A stretch of 64,000 bases of DNA from Podarcis melisellensis (Eukaryota). A program made the translations under genes and the position numbers. Of the stretch, positions 12,257 to 25,234 are shown one piece after another (within the stretch, counting starts at the first letter, position 1; the number at the start of each line of letters is the position of its first letter). The stretch lies in NCBI GenBank assembly GCA_964234715.1, contig OZ174280.1. The stretch is one strand, 5' to 3'. The notes below the pieces were generated by a model. That model was not told where the DNA came from. It saw only the letters and a program-made list of their open reading frames with translations, and did not search any database.

Positions 12257-14040
12257 CCAGCCCCTCCCTCCAATCACCCAGCTCCCAGCAAGTAGAACTT
12301 AACGCAGGAAAAGAAGCCTCCCGGAACATTCTGCCTATGCCATGTGATCACTGAAGAATAAGGGGAGTGGGAGAAAATGACCCCATGAGCATAACCTTTG
12401 TAATGAGACCGTGTGGGATTTGGGTCTTGGAGGAATGGCGTGGGAGGGACTCCAAAAGGGAATAGGGCCCCTTGCAGTTGGACTGTTTCTGCCTTGCTAG
12501 CCTGGTTTTTCCTATGATCAGGGGACCTTCCTGTGGTGTTTTGAGCCACGCTTGAACTCGGGAAAGATAGGAGAGCTTAGCGTCAGTTCAAAAGTTCTTC
12601 AGTTTGGGTTTGCTTCGTTGGAGGACGCGCTGCTGATCACTGCTGTTTTGTCCCAATCTTTGCTGCATGCCTGTTGCATGTGTGTCAAGAGAGAAAACGC
12701 ACTTTTGTTATATAGACCGCCTTCACCTTAACATGAAGTTGAAACATGCACCTGAGACATCCTTGGCCGAAGCCGCTCTGCTCACCCAGCCATGTGTGGG
12801 CACCTGGTAGAGAGAGACCAGGCTATATTTAAAGTCCAGCACCGGAATCTCTTTACCAGTCCCAAGGAAGTCTTAGTTCTCCTTTGATTATTAATAGTAT
12901 CACAATCCATTAACCCTTCAGAGTCTTTTAGCCTGTACAGGAGAAATAAGTGGGTTTTGGCTCGCTTTTTGTAGGTGCTTGTAAAGTGTTGCTTTCCATA
13001 TAAAATATTGGGGGTTGGGGAGAATCCCCTCTTCACTAGAAACCCAAGGGGGAAATTTCTACTTGATGCACCAGTTGCCTTCTCTTACTCCTGTGAGGCC
13101 CGAGTTACTTTATTTATTGTGAGGATCAAACCTTACAAAGCCACAAAGCACGATCAGAAGCTCAGTAGGGTATGTTGTCCTGATTCATCCCTTTTGCCAT
13201 ATAACAGAGTGCCTTAATGTCCTTCCTCGTCCTCCTTCATACCTCTCTGGGCTGCTTACTTTGATAGAGTCAAGGTCATTCCCGATCAGAGTACACCCAA
13301 CAAGTGCTGCTATACTTGTATGTACAAATCCCTCCTGTCTTCACTGCCAAAAAAGAAACAAAAAAGGGCAGGAGAGCTACATGCAAGGGATGGGTGATGG
13401 AGGAGAAGGAAGTCCAGCTATACAAATCTATTCTGAGCAAATAAAAAGGGGGTTAAGAGTGATCTCTTTCCCCTAAAGAGTTTACAATATAATGAGCTGC
13501 GACTGCACTGGACTAGAGAGTTGTATTGTTCTTGTGTGTTTTGTTCAGGAAAAAGGTGTGTATGTGTTTTTCCTAAATGCTGCTTTTATGAGAGACTTTA
13601 GAAACCTTTGGTGTGGGGGAACTGTAGCAATAGGAGCAAACTTTGTCTTTTGAATTCTAGTGGCATTTCATTATTCAACCCTCCAGCTGGAAAAAGAAAC
13701 ATGAACTGATGCTACCTAAAACACCACTGGAGACCTGTCACCTTGGCCAACAGGAAAAAGCCTCTCTCTTACTATGTTTTTGCCTTTCCTTTTCCCTCAT
13801 TGTGCTTACGCCGATTAGTCAAAATTAATGTGCTATCAGCATTTCTGATAAGTAAGTCTATTGGAACAAGTTTGAAGACGAGAGGAATGTATTTTATAGA
13901 TACATCCATCCAACTATATATTAGAGCTTTGAATAAAGTTTGTCAATATGATAGTCACTGTCACTCGAAACCCTCCTGTTAAGGAAATTATACCTTACTG
14001 ATATTTTACCATACTGCAATAAAGCATTTTTTAAAATTGG
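12257..14040 (+). other. CCND3: CCND3 3'UTR with two candidate poly(A) signals
   Basis: Follows the stop codon. AATAAA at 13932-13937 and 14018-14023, the second followed by a U/GU-rich stretch. The true end is inferred. Confidence 0.6.
13305..13312 (+). promoter_or_regulatory. miR-15/16 family 8mer seed site (a second 7mer at 13578-13584)
   Basis: TGCTGCTA at 13305-13312 and TGCTGCT at 13578-13584 in the CCND3 3'UTR. D-cyclins are established miR-15/16 targets in mammals. Confidence 0.55.
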
Positions 14041-15759
14041 CACTCTCTTGTCGTCTTTCCTGGGTGATGGAAATAAGACTGAAAAGAACCAAATGCATCT
14101 AAAATACAGCTTGCTTGACTTGTTCCTCTAAGAAATCGGCCTGTTGAGAATAAAAGACAAGAACGCTTTCTTGATTTCTGCCTTGCTAACGTAATCCACT
14201 TTTAACAATTCGATTCTGACAAGCTGATTTCAAAACACGGGAGGCCTCTTGGCTGTAGCAACTTTGGCTAGCTGTTCTAGATAGCTGGCTAGCTGTTCTA
14301 TATAGGTTTATAGCAACCGGTATTCTTGTAAGACCTTTGTGTTATGCCTGTCTCTCTTCATGAGTCTTTCCCCCTCCTACCCTATTTACTTCATGATTTT
14401 TGCAAGGACACAGCTGCTTCTTCCTACAAGCAATACAAAAGAAGTGACCCAAGACACTGATGCAGTCAGCTTGCTGGCCATCCTTCTGCTCTACCCCAAG
14501 CCACTCGCTGCCGTGGCATACAGAAGAGCTTTCTCCTTAGCTTGACATCTTTCTCCAGTCCGAGACCCATCCTTGCAGGTTTGTCTTGGGCACTAGGCAT
14601 GGGAGATCTCCAGCCGTACCAGCACTAGGCAGCTTCAGCAGGCTCATTTACCAGCTCTGCATGGAGTTAACAGCTTTCGCCTGTGACCGCTTCGGCTAAG
14701 TGATGCCAAGTAGATAGATGGGAGACGTGCAAATTGTTCTGTAATCTGCGCTCGGGGAAGAGGCTGTCCTAGGGGACATCTTCCCAGTGCAAACAAACTT
14801 ACTGCACAGAGGAGCCACTCAACCAAATCTCCCCTGGAGCTAAAAGCTGTTCAAAACCAATTACTCTTCTCTACCCAGCTGCTGCTGGAACAGCACTGAG
14901 CGCGTCTGCTTTGTGAACATGGGCATCAACGCTCAGACATTTAATGTGGCCCTAGGGCTGCAAAGCACAGGAGGCCAGCAATAGGAGAGGGTTGCCCTCT
15001 GATATCCTCTCCTTGTTAACCAAGATTAGAAACGTGGCTGCAAGACCCCAAGCATCTAGATAGAGCAAGGATGGGCAGCCAGAGGGCAGCACAGAGCCTT
15101 CCTTCACTCCCCCAGTGGCCTGACAAGTCCCCAGAGAGCTGTGCCCACTTTCCCCCACTGCCTAGCTATCAAGCTGGGAAAAGATTGCCGTTCCCATGCT
15201 GCTAATAGGGGGAAGCCAGGGAAAATATACCGTGGAAAGAAGCCACTGTGGGAACAGGCTTGTTAAAGCACCACAAGTGATTGTTCACAGCTGTTTCTAG
15301 TTCTCAGGGGACGCCTCAAATTCAGCAGCACAAAAACCTAAATATTGCTGCAACTTGAATTTACCAGACCATTTTGGTAACGAGGGAGGAGGGAAGTGGT
15401 GGGTGGGGCGGGCACACACAAGTTGTAAAAGACTAGAGCCACTCTCTTTAGTCACCAAATGTGGTTGGTGTATTTAAGAAGCCTTTGATCACTTAACAAG
15501 GTGCCCTTGATTAACTGGGAAGTAATTGCATTTAATAGTGCAGGAAGAAAACACCATCTTTTGAAGAGGCACTTCTCTCCCACAGAAGAAGGAATAGGCA
15601 AGAGCTTGGAGCCACAAGCCTCCAGTGGAGATCCTTCACCTTGAACAGTTGCGTGACAGGCAAAAATGCAACATGCAAAACTCCTTGCACCTGGAGATGT
15701 GGTTGGAGAGCCATGTATGCTCTATATGTATTCTATACTGGAACATCCAGGGCTCTTTA

Positions 15760-16290
15760 CACATATGTTCTGCCACAGCAATATGTGTATTGAGCATATT
15801 ACACCAATCCTGGCCAGACCACTGGATGCCAATTAATTTCTGGGCCCAATTCAAGTGCTGGTTTTGACATACAGCGCCTTAAAACAGCTCAGGATTGCAA
15901 TACCTCAAGGGCTGCCTCTCCCCACATGAACCAACCTGGGACTCTTGTGATCATCATCTGGGGCCCTTCATGTTTCCCCTCCATGAAAGATCCAGAAGGT
16001 GGCAGTACAAAAACAGGCCTTGTCTGTGGTGGCTCCCCATTTGTGGAATGCTGTCCCCATGGAGGTTCATCGGGTGTCTTCATTACATATTTTTAGGTGC
16101 CAGATCAAAACCTTCCTCTATAAACAGGCCTTTGTCTGATTAGCATTCCATGACCTTTTAAATGTGTTTGTGAGAGGAGGATTATTGGCCTGCTTTTGTT
16201 TTCTTATGTATTTTGTGTTCTCATTGTGTACTTTTCTGTTGTGAACTGCCCTGTGCTGTTCGGATGAAGGACAATATACGAATTTAATTA
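15760..16290 (+). mobile_element. L2 LINE 3' fragment (degenerate)
   Basis: HITP.L..HW.PI.FWAQFK.LV and WN.L-type L2 ORF2 C-terminal motifs, then an AT-rich tail. Confidence 0.7.
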
Positions 16291-17790
16291 ACAACTTTTC
16301 TGAAAAAAGGTTGCTGGTTACTCAGATATTTATTCTTGGCATTACGTGTAATTTCAAACTTATGCACCTCATTTGGGTTTATATACCAGCAGTATGGGCA
16401 TTAACCAAGCTCTAGCATGCCTTTATTTTTAGACCTGTACTATGAATAGCCTAGCCTTAGAAACCCAGAAAGCCAAAAATCTAACCTTCAAATGTATAAA
16501 TACCCAGCTGACAGATTTAGCTATGAACATCTACCTAGAGGGGACAGGGAAAGAGACAAGAATATGGGGTGCTCAGCTGCAGTAACCGGATGACATACAT
16601 GATGGGGGCTGCTTATATGGGAAAACAATAGGAAGAGCATCAAATTAACCGAGGATGGGGTAGCAGGGACTCGGTGCATCTCAATTGGCAATGGCTAACT
16701 TGTTCCAGGGGTCCAAAGTCTTCTAGCTATGTGGGGGTTGAGCAACCCAACCCTAATGCCCGAGGTGACTTCATATCATCACATGCCTGGAGCATCTCTC
16801 TATTCCAGTGCTGGAGACCGCCCAGCTCAGAGGCAGCATACAAGCCTCAGGCAAGTTGTGCTGAGCTGGGTGTAAGATGGTTTCCCAAAGACTTGTTCAG
16901 AGAAACAGCTTAGGCCTAGCTCAAGGTTGGGGAGCCTATGGCTCTCTAGATGTAGCTGGACTACAACTCTCACCATACACGGCAATTTGCAACGCTGGCT
17001 GGAGCAAATGGGATGTGGGGATTCCAACAACATCTGGAGGGCCAGAGGCTTCCCACCCCAATGCAGTTTTCCCCAACTGACAACTAGGAAAGGCAAGTGG
17101 ACGGCCAGTTTGGGAGTTTATGGCTCTCAGGCACAATGTGTGGTGCTTGGGCTGTGTCACCCTCAAAAGCAAAGCAGGCCACATTCATCACAGAAGTGCA
17201 ACGGTCAACCCAACAGCCCCTGCGAGACCAGCACCAACATGCCAGACGCCACCTGTGAGCCAAACGGGCCAGAAAGGCTGGATACAGCTCACGGGCCACC
17301 AAGACTGGTCCCCCCTGCTGTAAAAGGGTAAGATTCTTGACTACCAATATTTCCATTGGAGGCCAGATCCTACAGAGCAATTACAACCCCCTGCAGTTGG
17401 TAGATGCTCTTTCCTCCCTACTAATCTGCAGCTCAACGGTATATCTCCCTGCTGTTGATCAGCAACTTGCATCCACCAGGACCTCAAACGGGGCAAGTAG
17501 TCACTGCAGCCCTTTAACAGCAGCTCTGTCGCAAAAAGGGGGACCCATTTCTCATGAGAGGGATGCTGGTTTCTAATCACCATGAATGCATGTCGAGTCA
17601 AAAGGGGGCAGAGGGCTTACAAATACTTTCAACCCTGCATAAATAAGGCTACTGTGGATCAAAGCAGTGAGGGTACAAACCCTATTTGTTCGACAGCGTG
17701 CTGTAGCTTCAAGTTCAAACCAGCAGCTGCCTTTGACTCAGAAGTTCTGCTGTGATCACAATCTGTGGAGTCCCCCTTCCCATCCTCCGT

Positions 17791-18139
17791 TCACTCCATT
17801 GCCACTGGCTGCATCCCCTCCACATCCCGGCACTTGGAGTTCACTAGCTCCCTGCGGATCTCTGGAGAGATCTGGGGGTGGCTGTGAAACTTGAGCAGCT
17901 CTAAGAGGGCTTCTTTCTGCTCTGAGGACAGGTCCTCTTTGTATCGCTGGGCAAAGGTCAGAAGGCACTGGTGCCAGAGGACAGGCAGGGTGCGTCGGTC
18001 CGTCCGGAAGGCGAGGAAGTGAAAGACCAGGGCATCCACCACGCGGAAAGGCAAGGCGTACTTCTTGTCAATGAGCAGGCGGAGAAAGATGCTATTGGCG
18101 CCACTGTACTCCATCTCAGCAATCTTTAGCATAGCAGCC
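17791..18139 (-). CDS. BYSL: bystin, coding exon 7 (last)
   Basis: Minus strand cacag|[55 protein letters not shown]...MQPVAME*, stop TGA at 17793-17791. Confidence 0.97.
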
Positions 18140-18605
18140 CTGTGGGGGTGGAGGAGGGGAAGAAAAGGAGGAGGAGCAAATGAGGCTTTGTTGCAGGTCC
18201 ACATCAATGGATGACCTCCATTCGTGAAAGCCAAGGGAAGAGAAAAAGTGACACAAGGAAATTGCCACAGTTTAGTTAAGTACTCTCTGGCAAGTTCCTT
18301 TGATAGTCACACTGCCCAGCTACAAGCGTGGCTTCAGAATACAATCTGTAATGGGGAAGCCCATGCAGGCTTAGGAAGACTTTCCCCAAGACAGCAAAGG
18401 TGTTTCTGACCCCCCCCCCCGTGGGGGGGGGGGGAGAGAGAGAGATGCATGGGAGAAAAGGCAGGAAAGTCTATCCAGTCCTACCATTCCAGAGTGGCTG
18501 GAGAAACACAGCCAGATGGGCGGGGTATAAATAATAAAATTATTTATTATTGTTATCATTAGTGCAATTTCCCTTCCACCTCGGAATTAGCCTAACTCTT
18601 CTTAC

Positions 18606-18708
18606 CCGGAGTGAAGGACAGGGATGGAACACTTGGTGAGGATGCTGCCCACAATGATGGCTTCTCGCAGTGTGCATGTTCCTGACTCACATATGGGGAG
18701 GAGGATCC
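18606..18708 (-). CDS. BYSL: bystin, coding exon 6 (absent from the ORF track)
   Basis: tctccccag|GG ATC CTC...TCC GG|gtaag, 103 nt. [35 protein letters not shown]. Confidence 0.95.
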
Positions 18709-19259
18709 CTGGGGAGATGACGGGGGGAGGGGGAGAAAGGAGCATCATATAGTTATCTCTTATACAGACACAGAAAGTATTTCATCAAAGGCTAAAACTA
18801 TTTTTTAAGGGGGGGGGGGGACCATTCAGTTCTTTCGCATCTAGAACCTTTCACATCTAAGAATATGCAACAAACACATACCACACTAACAACACCTCTG
18901 CACAATTCAGTATTATTTATCAATAAAATCAAGTTTAAGAATAATTCATCAAACTCAGAAGCAGCTTCCCCTTGAGGCTTTCCTCCTAGCCTGTCTTACT
19001 TCTGGGACTGGAGCCTGCCAGAGAGAAAACTGCCAACTTTTTTTTGGGGGGGGGGACAGGACTGAGCAGCAGGAATGAGCAATTTTCTTTCTTTCCACTT
19101 TGTGTCAGGTTGGTAATGATTTCACTCATAATTCCATTCTGTATTTGGGGTTTTGTTGTTGAAAAACAAACCCTCACAAAACAAACCATCACAAAACATG
19201 TGATAAATGCCTATTTATCAAGTGCATATTTTGATAATTTTCAACTACCGTGAATTGTG

Positions 19260-19425
19260 TTCCAGAGGCAGCAAAGCTTCCAAATGCCAGTTGCTGGAAA
19301 CCGCAGGAGGGGAGAGAGCTCTTGTGTTCAGATTCTGCTTGGGGGTTTCTCTCAGGCCTCTGGGTAGCCACTGTGAGAACAGGATGCTGGACCAGATGGG
19401 TCGTCGGCCTGATCCAGGAGGCTCT
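19260..19425 (-). mobile_element. CR1-type 3'UTR remnant
   Basis: Plus strand ...gagaacaggatgctggaccagatgggtcgtcggcctgatccag resembles the CR1 tail at 11490-11530. Orientation is uncertain. Confidence 0.45.
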
Positions 19426-19508
19426 GGTGTTATTATAGTGCAATATATGAACCCCTGGATAAACCTCATTTCCATGTATTTGTCCTCCAAGGTCAACTTT
19501 CCACTCAC

Positions 19509-19669
19509 CTTTGAACCAGGCTCCAGGTTTGAACAAGGCCTTCTTCAATGCCATGTAAAGATGGAAGTTGAGGCGCTTATATTCAGCAATGTCATCTCTG
19601 ACTCGCGGGAGAAGCACCAGATTGTAGAACCTCTGGGCCATCCTCTCTTTGAGGTTAGAGGAAAAGATC
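19509..19669 (-). CDS. BYSL: bystin, coding exon 5
   Basis: tttcccctag|G ATC TTT...AAA G|gtgagt, 161 nt. [55 protein letters not shown]. Confidence 0.97.
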
Positions 19670-21353
19670 CTAGGGGAAAAAACAAAGGCATTTGGGGAGA
19701 GAGGGTGGAAATGGAGAAAAAGAGAAGCAACCTGAGTTAGGATAGTTGGAGAACTGGTCAACTTCCCTCCTTGTGCTTGCACTATGCAATACATGTATAA
19801 CTGCAGCATTCCACATTGCCCCCGCCCCCCGCCCCATCTTGACTTTATACTTCAAGCTTTTGAGGCTGCGGAATCATTTTTATTTATCTACACATTTCTA
19901 TGCTGCCTTTTCAACCTAACCCTTCAGAGTTTTGGTTCCTCTTTACCAAACGAAGTGGCAAATTACAACAGTATAAAATAAAAATACAATCCGAAACAAG
20001 GACAGCAGCACACACAAAAAGCCAGATCCTTAAATTATTTTGTTCTCATAAAAAAGAAAAGAGATGTCCATGCAAGATATATCAGAGTCAGGCAACTAGT
20101 CATGCACCACCAACACCAATTCCTAATGGTTTATGTGTAAGAGGAGATTCGTTTTAGGAATGGCCTGTGTCTTTCGCCAGAGCTGCACACTGCACTGTGT
20201 ATCACCAAAGAGGAAGAGGAACCAAAGTTCTCTCTCCAAGAGAACACGGAACAAGCATCAGATGCATTTACACTTGTGGCTTCCTCCCAGGGCCCACTGT
20301 GCTGTATCTCAAGAGCTCTGGGTCCTAATGCTCTGTTTCAGGTCCTCCTGGCTGAAAGACATGGTGCTAGAAAGGTCTCTCCCCCCTACCATTTTAAATA
20401 CTTTATTGAAATTCATAGGTAGCATACACAATATACCAAGATGAAAACAATCGTGTACTAATAATCTTATATATGTTTACAAAAATCAAATTTAAATTAA
20501 ATTTATGCAATCTCTTTTTTCCTATCTTTTTGCTAACATAGAATAGACTTCCTATCATTTCCCGATGCACATAACCTTTCTGGTGATGAATGTACTTATC
20601 ATTATTACCTTACTCTTTCTGTACTTTCTAATACTTTCTTACAACAATTCGTACCTTTTTGCTAATTTCTTAACAGTTCGTTTAAACAAGGGTCTTTGAA
20701 ACGCTGCCATAGATAGAAAGGTCATTTTTTAATCAGACATTGCATATTCTCTTTGTTCCTGCTTGGATACGCTTTGTCAAATAACAGGTTTCTTTTTACA
20801 AGAGGAGCCTCATGAACTGCAATACTGGGCAGGAGTAGTTGAGTAGATGGGAGGAGGAGTGCTGGTGGTGAGATCAAAGCAACCTGACTGCCTACACACT
20901 GGGGAGTGGGGCAGGGGGCAGAATCTGATCTCATGCCCAGGAATATGATGGGGGGGTTCCACTTCTGAAAAGCAGCAAACTTAAGCGCAGGGTGATGTGT
21001 ATGTGCATGCATTAAAAAGTGCAGTGTAGTGCTACGATCCCCAAATGAAAGAAAAGGAGCTATTGGAAATATAAACACGAACTGCTCTGTAATCACTCCA
21101 CACATCCACACAATCCATTGATATTGCAGAAATAAGTATCAGTATTATTGAAACAAGGACTTTCATTTCTGTATGTCATTGAACATAAGGACTCATCTGC
21201 TGCATAGTGCTGTATTTTGGCTATTCGACCTACTGAAGGATGATCAGAGCAAAAAGCAAGAATCAAAGGAATTGTGGCAGCTCATGGGATGGGGCAAGAT
21301 GAAACCTTCAAGACAACACATTATTCCCTGCAGTGTCACAGATGGAGTCCTAC

Positions 21354-21487
21354 CTTGTTGCCTGGTACATGGCAGCTGCTGTCCACGTTTCAGGCTCTGT
21401 GATATACAGGATCTGCTCCCAGTTGGACAAGGCTGGGATGATCTTGAATGCCTTAGGCAGTTTCCCACTCCTATATTTTGACAGCAC
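21354..21487 (-). CDS. BYSL: bystin, coding exon 4
   Basis: tctttttcag|GTG CTG...ACA AG|gtagg, 134 nt. [44 protein letters not shown]. Confidence 0.96.
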
Positions 21488-21919
21488 CTGAAAAAGAAAT
21501 GGGGGGTGGGGGGAAAGAGAGATGAATTTAACACGGACAAGCAGACAAGGCTACTTTATTCCAGGGTTTATACCCATTGTTTAAGAGATCTTCAGTGAAT
21601 GTATTTTAAGAAGCATTCAGATAGGATATTCTTAATTTTCCACATACTAGCAAAATATGTACCAGTCTATCAGCATGGAAACAAATTCTAGTTAATATTC
21701 ATATGTATAATGCATCATCTTAACCTATAGTGCCAGTATGGAAACACAGCCATTAGCTGTTCCCCACCCACACCACTCATGCTATGGGTGTGTGAATCAG
21801 AGCAAGCAAAGAGTTGCCCAAAACTAAGATTTCTAAACGCTGCAGCAGCTGGACTAAGTCCAACCTGATGTGTGCAGAAGCACACACACCTATTTGCACA
21901 GAAGTAGCATTATTCTTAC

Positions 21920-22058
21920 TTCTTTGACACCCTTGTAGACTTCCAGGACACGGGGATTAAGCTGTGGCATGGGCCGACCAGATATTTCAGACATCACAGT
22001 TTCCACCTCTGTCTGCTTCTCAGTGATCTTCTCCATGATAATGTCTGCCAAGGTGCGC
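21920..22058 (-). CDS. BYSL: bystin, coding exon 3
   Basis: cccattag|G CGC ACC...AAA GAA|gtaag, 139 nt. [46 protein letters not shown]. Confidence 0.96.
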
Positions 22059-23868
22059 CTAATGGGTATCCAGAGGAAACAATATGGATCAGGGAACTTA
22101 GAAAGCTCATTGGCAAATCAAAGCAGCAGAGGCAACAATAAGATTGATTCCCAGCCTAGTATTTAACAGGGGAGATGAAGTTTCCACATGTGATATCCCT
22201 TGCTCACATGGCTACCCACCTTTGCTAAGTGAACTGTCTGCCATACTGGTACTGTTCAGTGAAAATGGCTGCTGTGCAATACAAATAAGACTGAAGGTGG
22301 CAACAGGCATCTGCTGAGGAACAAGATCTTGGGGTTCTAGCTCAATGAAGATATTGACAACAAGAATAGGCAGCTCTCAAAAGTTTTAAAGGTTAAATTA
22401 AAATTTCAGTTCACAAAAATAACGTGATGCCAAAAGAGAGGTGTCAGTCCAAATCTATTTTGCATGAAGAAATTCTAACGTGGGTAAGTCATATGAGGGC
22501 CAGAGGTTCCTGCTCTGCATTCCAATCTTGGAGAACGGAAACTTGGTCATTACTGGGAATGCCAAACAGAATGGGCTGAAAATTGGGCTTCCTGCTACCC
22601 CTGCAGTATCAAAGACGGCATGCCTAAAATAATAACTAAAGCACCATCTGCTGGTTAAAACAAAAACAAGAACAGAATTGAAAAGTATACTTGGGTGCTA
22701 GCTTGCTTTACTTATTTGCTGAGAATCTGATGAAATCATGCCAGTTCCATAAGCAAAGCAGTGCCAGAATTCTTAGATGAGATATTCTGTTAAGGGTCAG
22801 TTCACACATAAAAGTATCACTGTAATAGTTAATGGCTTCTACTCAATTGTTCCCTTCTCTGCATACATTAGCAAAAATGTGCAGATAGTCCGATATAGAA
22901 AAACACAAGGTCCCTAGTGACCTGGGGGCCTAAAAAAATCAAATATTTTTCCTGTACACAGCTTGACAACAAGTTTTAATTCCCCTACATAAGACTGCAG
23001 TTGTTGCTGGGATGTCAGTGGCTTCAGAAAACAGCACCAAGATCTGCTGTGTGTACAGAGACTACCAACTTATGTGGGACTCTATCAGAGGTGGGCAACC
23101 TTTGCCCCTCCAGATATTGCTGAACTACAACTCCCATCATCCCTTGCCATTGGCCATGCTTTTTGGGGCTGATGGAAACTGCAGTACAGCAACTTCTGGA
23201 GAGTCAAGGTTTATCCACTCATGGACTATCTGCATGTACCACAGGCACATAAAACACCACAAATGATCATAAGGAAGGAAAACAGCCACTGTGAAACTCT
23301 CTCATATTCTCTTTCTTCACTCTGAACCCTCTCAAGTATAACCAATACAAAATAGGCACTTGCACCCAGGGCTCACTGAAGTGATGAAACTCAGGGTGGG
23401 GGTGGAGGTAAAACCATACAGCAGAAATAACTTAGTCACCTAGAAGCCTAACAATTTCAAATAGTTTTACAGTCCTGTACACAGTTCAACAAGCCTTAAT
23501 CCCCTTCCAGAAAGGAAATAGCTCACAATTAATTTTACATTGGATAACTGTCATAGAAGAAGTAGAACATTACACATTCTTAAAAAACTACATAAATGAG
23601 AATGGACAAGGGCATAAGGGAAAGAGTATACATACATCTTCCCTATGAGATGGCTGTCCAACAACATAGCCTAATTCAAGCTCAATTCACTCACAGAGAC
23701 AAAAACATTAACAGCTTTAGTTCGCATATGCTCACCCAGGCACTTTTACAAGTCCCACACAATGTTCATTCTGTGCTCGTAGGTACTTCTGTACTGAAAG
23801 TTTGGTTCCTTACACTATGGAACTCCCTACCCATTGACATTAAGCAAGTACTTTCTCTGTATAGTGTT

Positions 23869-24224
23869 GTAGGTAAAGGTAAAGGGACCCCTGACCATTA
23901 GGTCCAGTCGTGACCAACTTGGTTGCGGCGCTCATCTTGGTTTATTGGCCGAGAGAGCCGACATACACCTTCTGGGTCATGTGGCCAGCATAACTAAACC
24001 ACTTCTGGTGAACCAGGGCAGCACACGGAGATGCCATTTACCTTCCCGCCGGAGCGGTACCTATTTATCTACTTGCACTTTGATGTGCTTTCAAACTGCT
24101 AGGTTGGCAGGAGCAGGGACCGAGCAACGGGAGCTCACCCCATCGCGGGGCTTCGAACCGCCGACCTTCTAATCGGCAAGACCTAGACTCTGTGGTTTAA
24201 CCCACAGTGCCACCCGTGTCCCTC
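23869..24224 (-). mobile_element. Sauria SINE with 10-bp target site duplication, in BYSL intron 2
   Basis: Reverse complement of the 6026 copy. TSD GTATAGTGTT at 23859-23868 and 24225-24234. Confidence 0.92.
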
Positions 24225-24289
24225 GTATAGTGTTTTAGCACCTGCTAAAAACATTTATGTTTAGGGAAGCCTATCCAGTCATGTAAAAT

Positions 24290-24811
24290 CATAGCTGTCA
24301 ACCGTCCCTTATTTGGCGGGAAAGTCCCTTATCCCAGCACCGTGTCCCGCTGCTGTCCCTTATTGATGATGTCCCTTAAATTTCCCGGGTTTCAAAGGAA
24401 GCAGCTCCTCTCCCTCCCTCCCTGCCGGCCAGGGTGGAGGGAGGCTCCAACTGTGTTGCTTGGCTGCGTTGCTCACCCAATAAGGAGTCTAAGAATGACT
24501 GGGGGATGGAGCTTGCATGCCTTGTGCCGATCAAATCAGCCACGTTGCCTGGGGACTCGCCTTTGCTCAGCGCTTCCCAGCGGAGAGGTGGTGGTGGTTT
24601 TCCTTGCTGCATCCCTTTTGCCGGGTTGCTGCGCTGTGAGAACCACCGCTTGAGGCTTTGTTTGGCTGCTGGCTGGGCTTTCTGCCTTTGGCTTGGAGGG
24701 GCTCAGAAGTTGAACATACATGTGCTCTGAAAATCCCTTATTTTGGCTGCTGATCCCTTATTTTCGAGGCTGCTGATCCCTTATTTTCAAATCTGTAAGC
24801 TGACAGCTATG
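24290..24811. mobile_element. non-autonomous hAT-type DNA transposon (MITE), 522 bp
   Basis: TIRs CATAGCTGTCA...TGACAGCTATG. 8-bp TSD TGTAAAAT/TGTAAAGT (1 mismatch). Multiple subterminal TCCCTTAT repeats at both ends. Confidence 0.85.
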
Positions 24812-24830
24812 TGTAAAGTTGACATGTATA

Positions 24831-24832
<2 letters not shown>

Positions 24833-24872
<40 letters not shown>
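24833..24872. repeat. (TG)n microsatellite
   Basis: Perfect TG run. Confidence 0.95.
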
Positions 24873-24875
<3 letters not shown>

Positions 24876-25015
24876 AAACTGCTGATTTGATTTATATTTT
24901 TGTTTGTCAACTTGCTTTTCATGTCTAACTTTTTACCACTAAGCAATCTATAAATACTGCAACATAAAAAATAAAGTCTAAGCAACTGCCAGGATTTGAG
25001 CACTCCAGTGTTTAC

Positions 25016-25178
25016 CTCAGTGGTGGATTCTTGTTCATGAACATCTCAATGGCTTTTTCATCCTCTGGATTCACGGTTACCTCATCACAATACTCTCCCT
25101 TCCCCATGGCTGCAGCTTGCTCCAGTGTTGGCCACTCATCATCATCTGTATCTGAATCTCTGTCCTTTGAGGCAGGTC
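25016..25178 (-). CDS. BYSL: bystin, coding exon 2
   Basis: ctctttccag|GA CCT...CTG AG|gtaaac, 163 nt. [24 protein letters not shown]...[17 protein letters not shown]. Confidence 0.96.
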
Positions 25179-25234
25179 CTGGAAAGAGTAGAACAAATAC
25201 AGGTTTGGATATTTAATCAGAATAAATAAATCCT

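Noticed and set aside
18410-18434. C11-GT-G12 fold-back, with similar C/G runs near 10023-10081 and 44560-44596
   Set aside because: Homopolymer runs are common in this window and error-prone in assemblies.
19189-19809. 206-aa and 177-aa ORFs
   Set aside because: They are BYSL exon 5 plus flanking intron and its antisense shadow over a repeat remnant.
22641-22654. CTCF-like motif (reverse CCAGCAGATGGTGC; another CCTCTAGATGTCAGCA near 33517)
   Set aside because: Single imperfect matches are expected by chance in 64 kb and cannot be supported without binding data.
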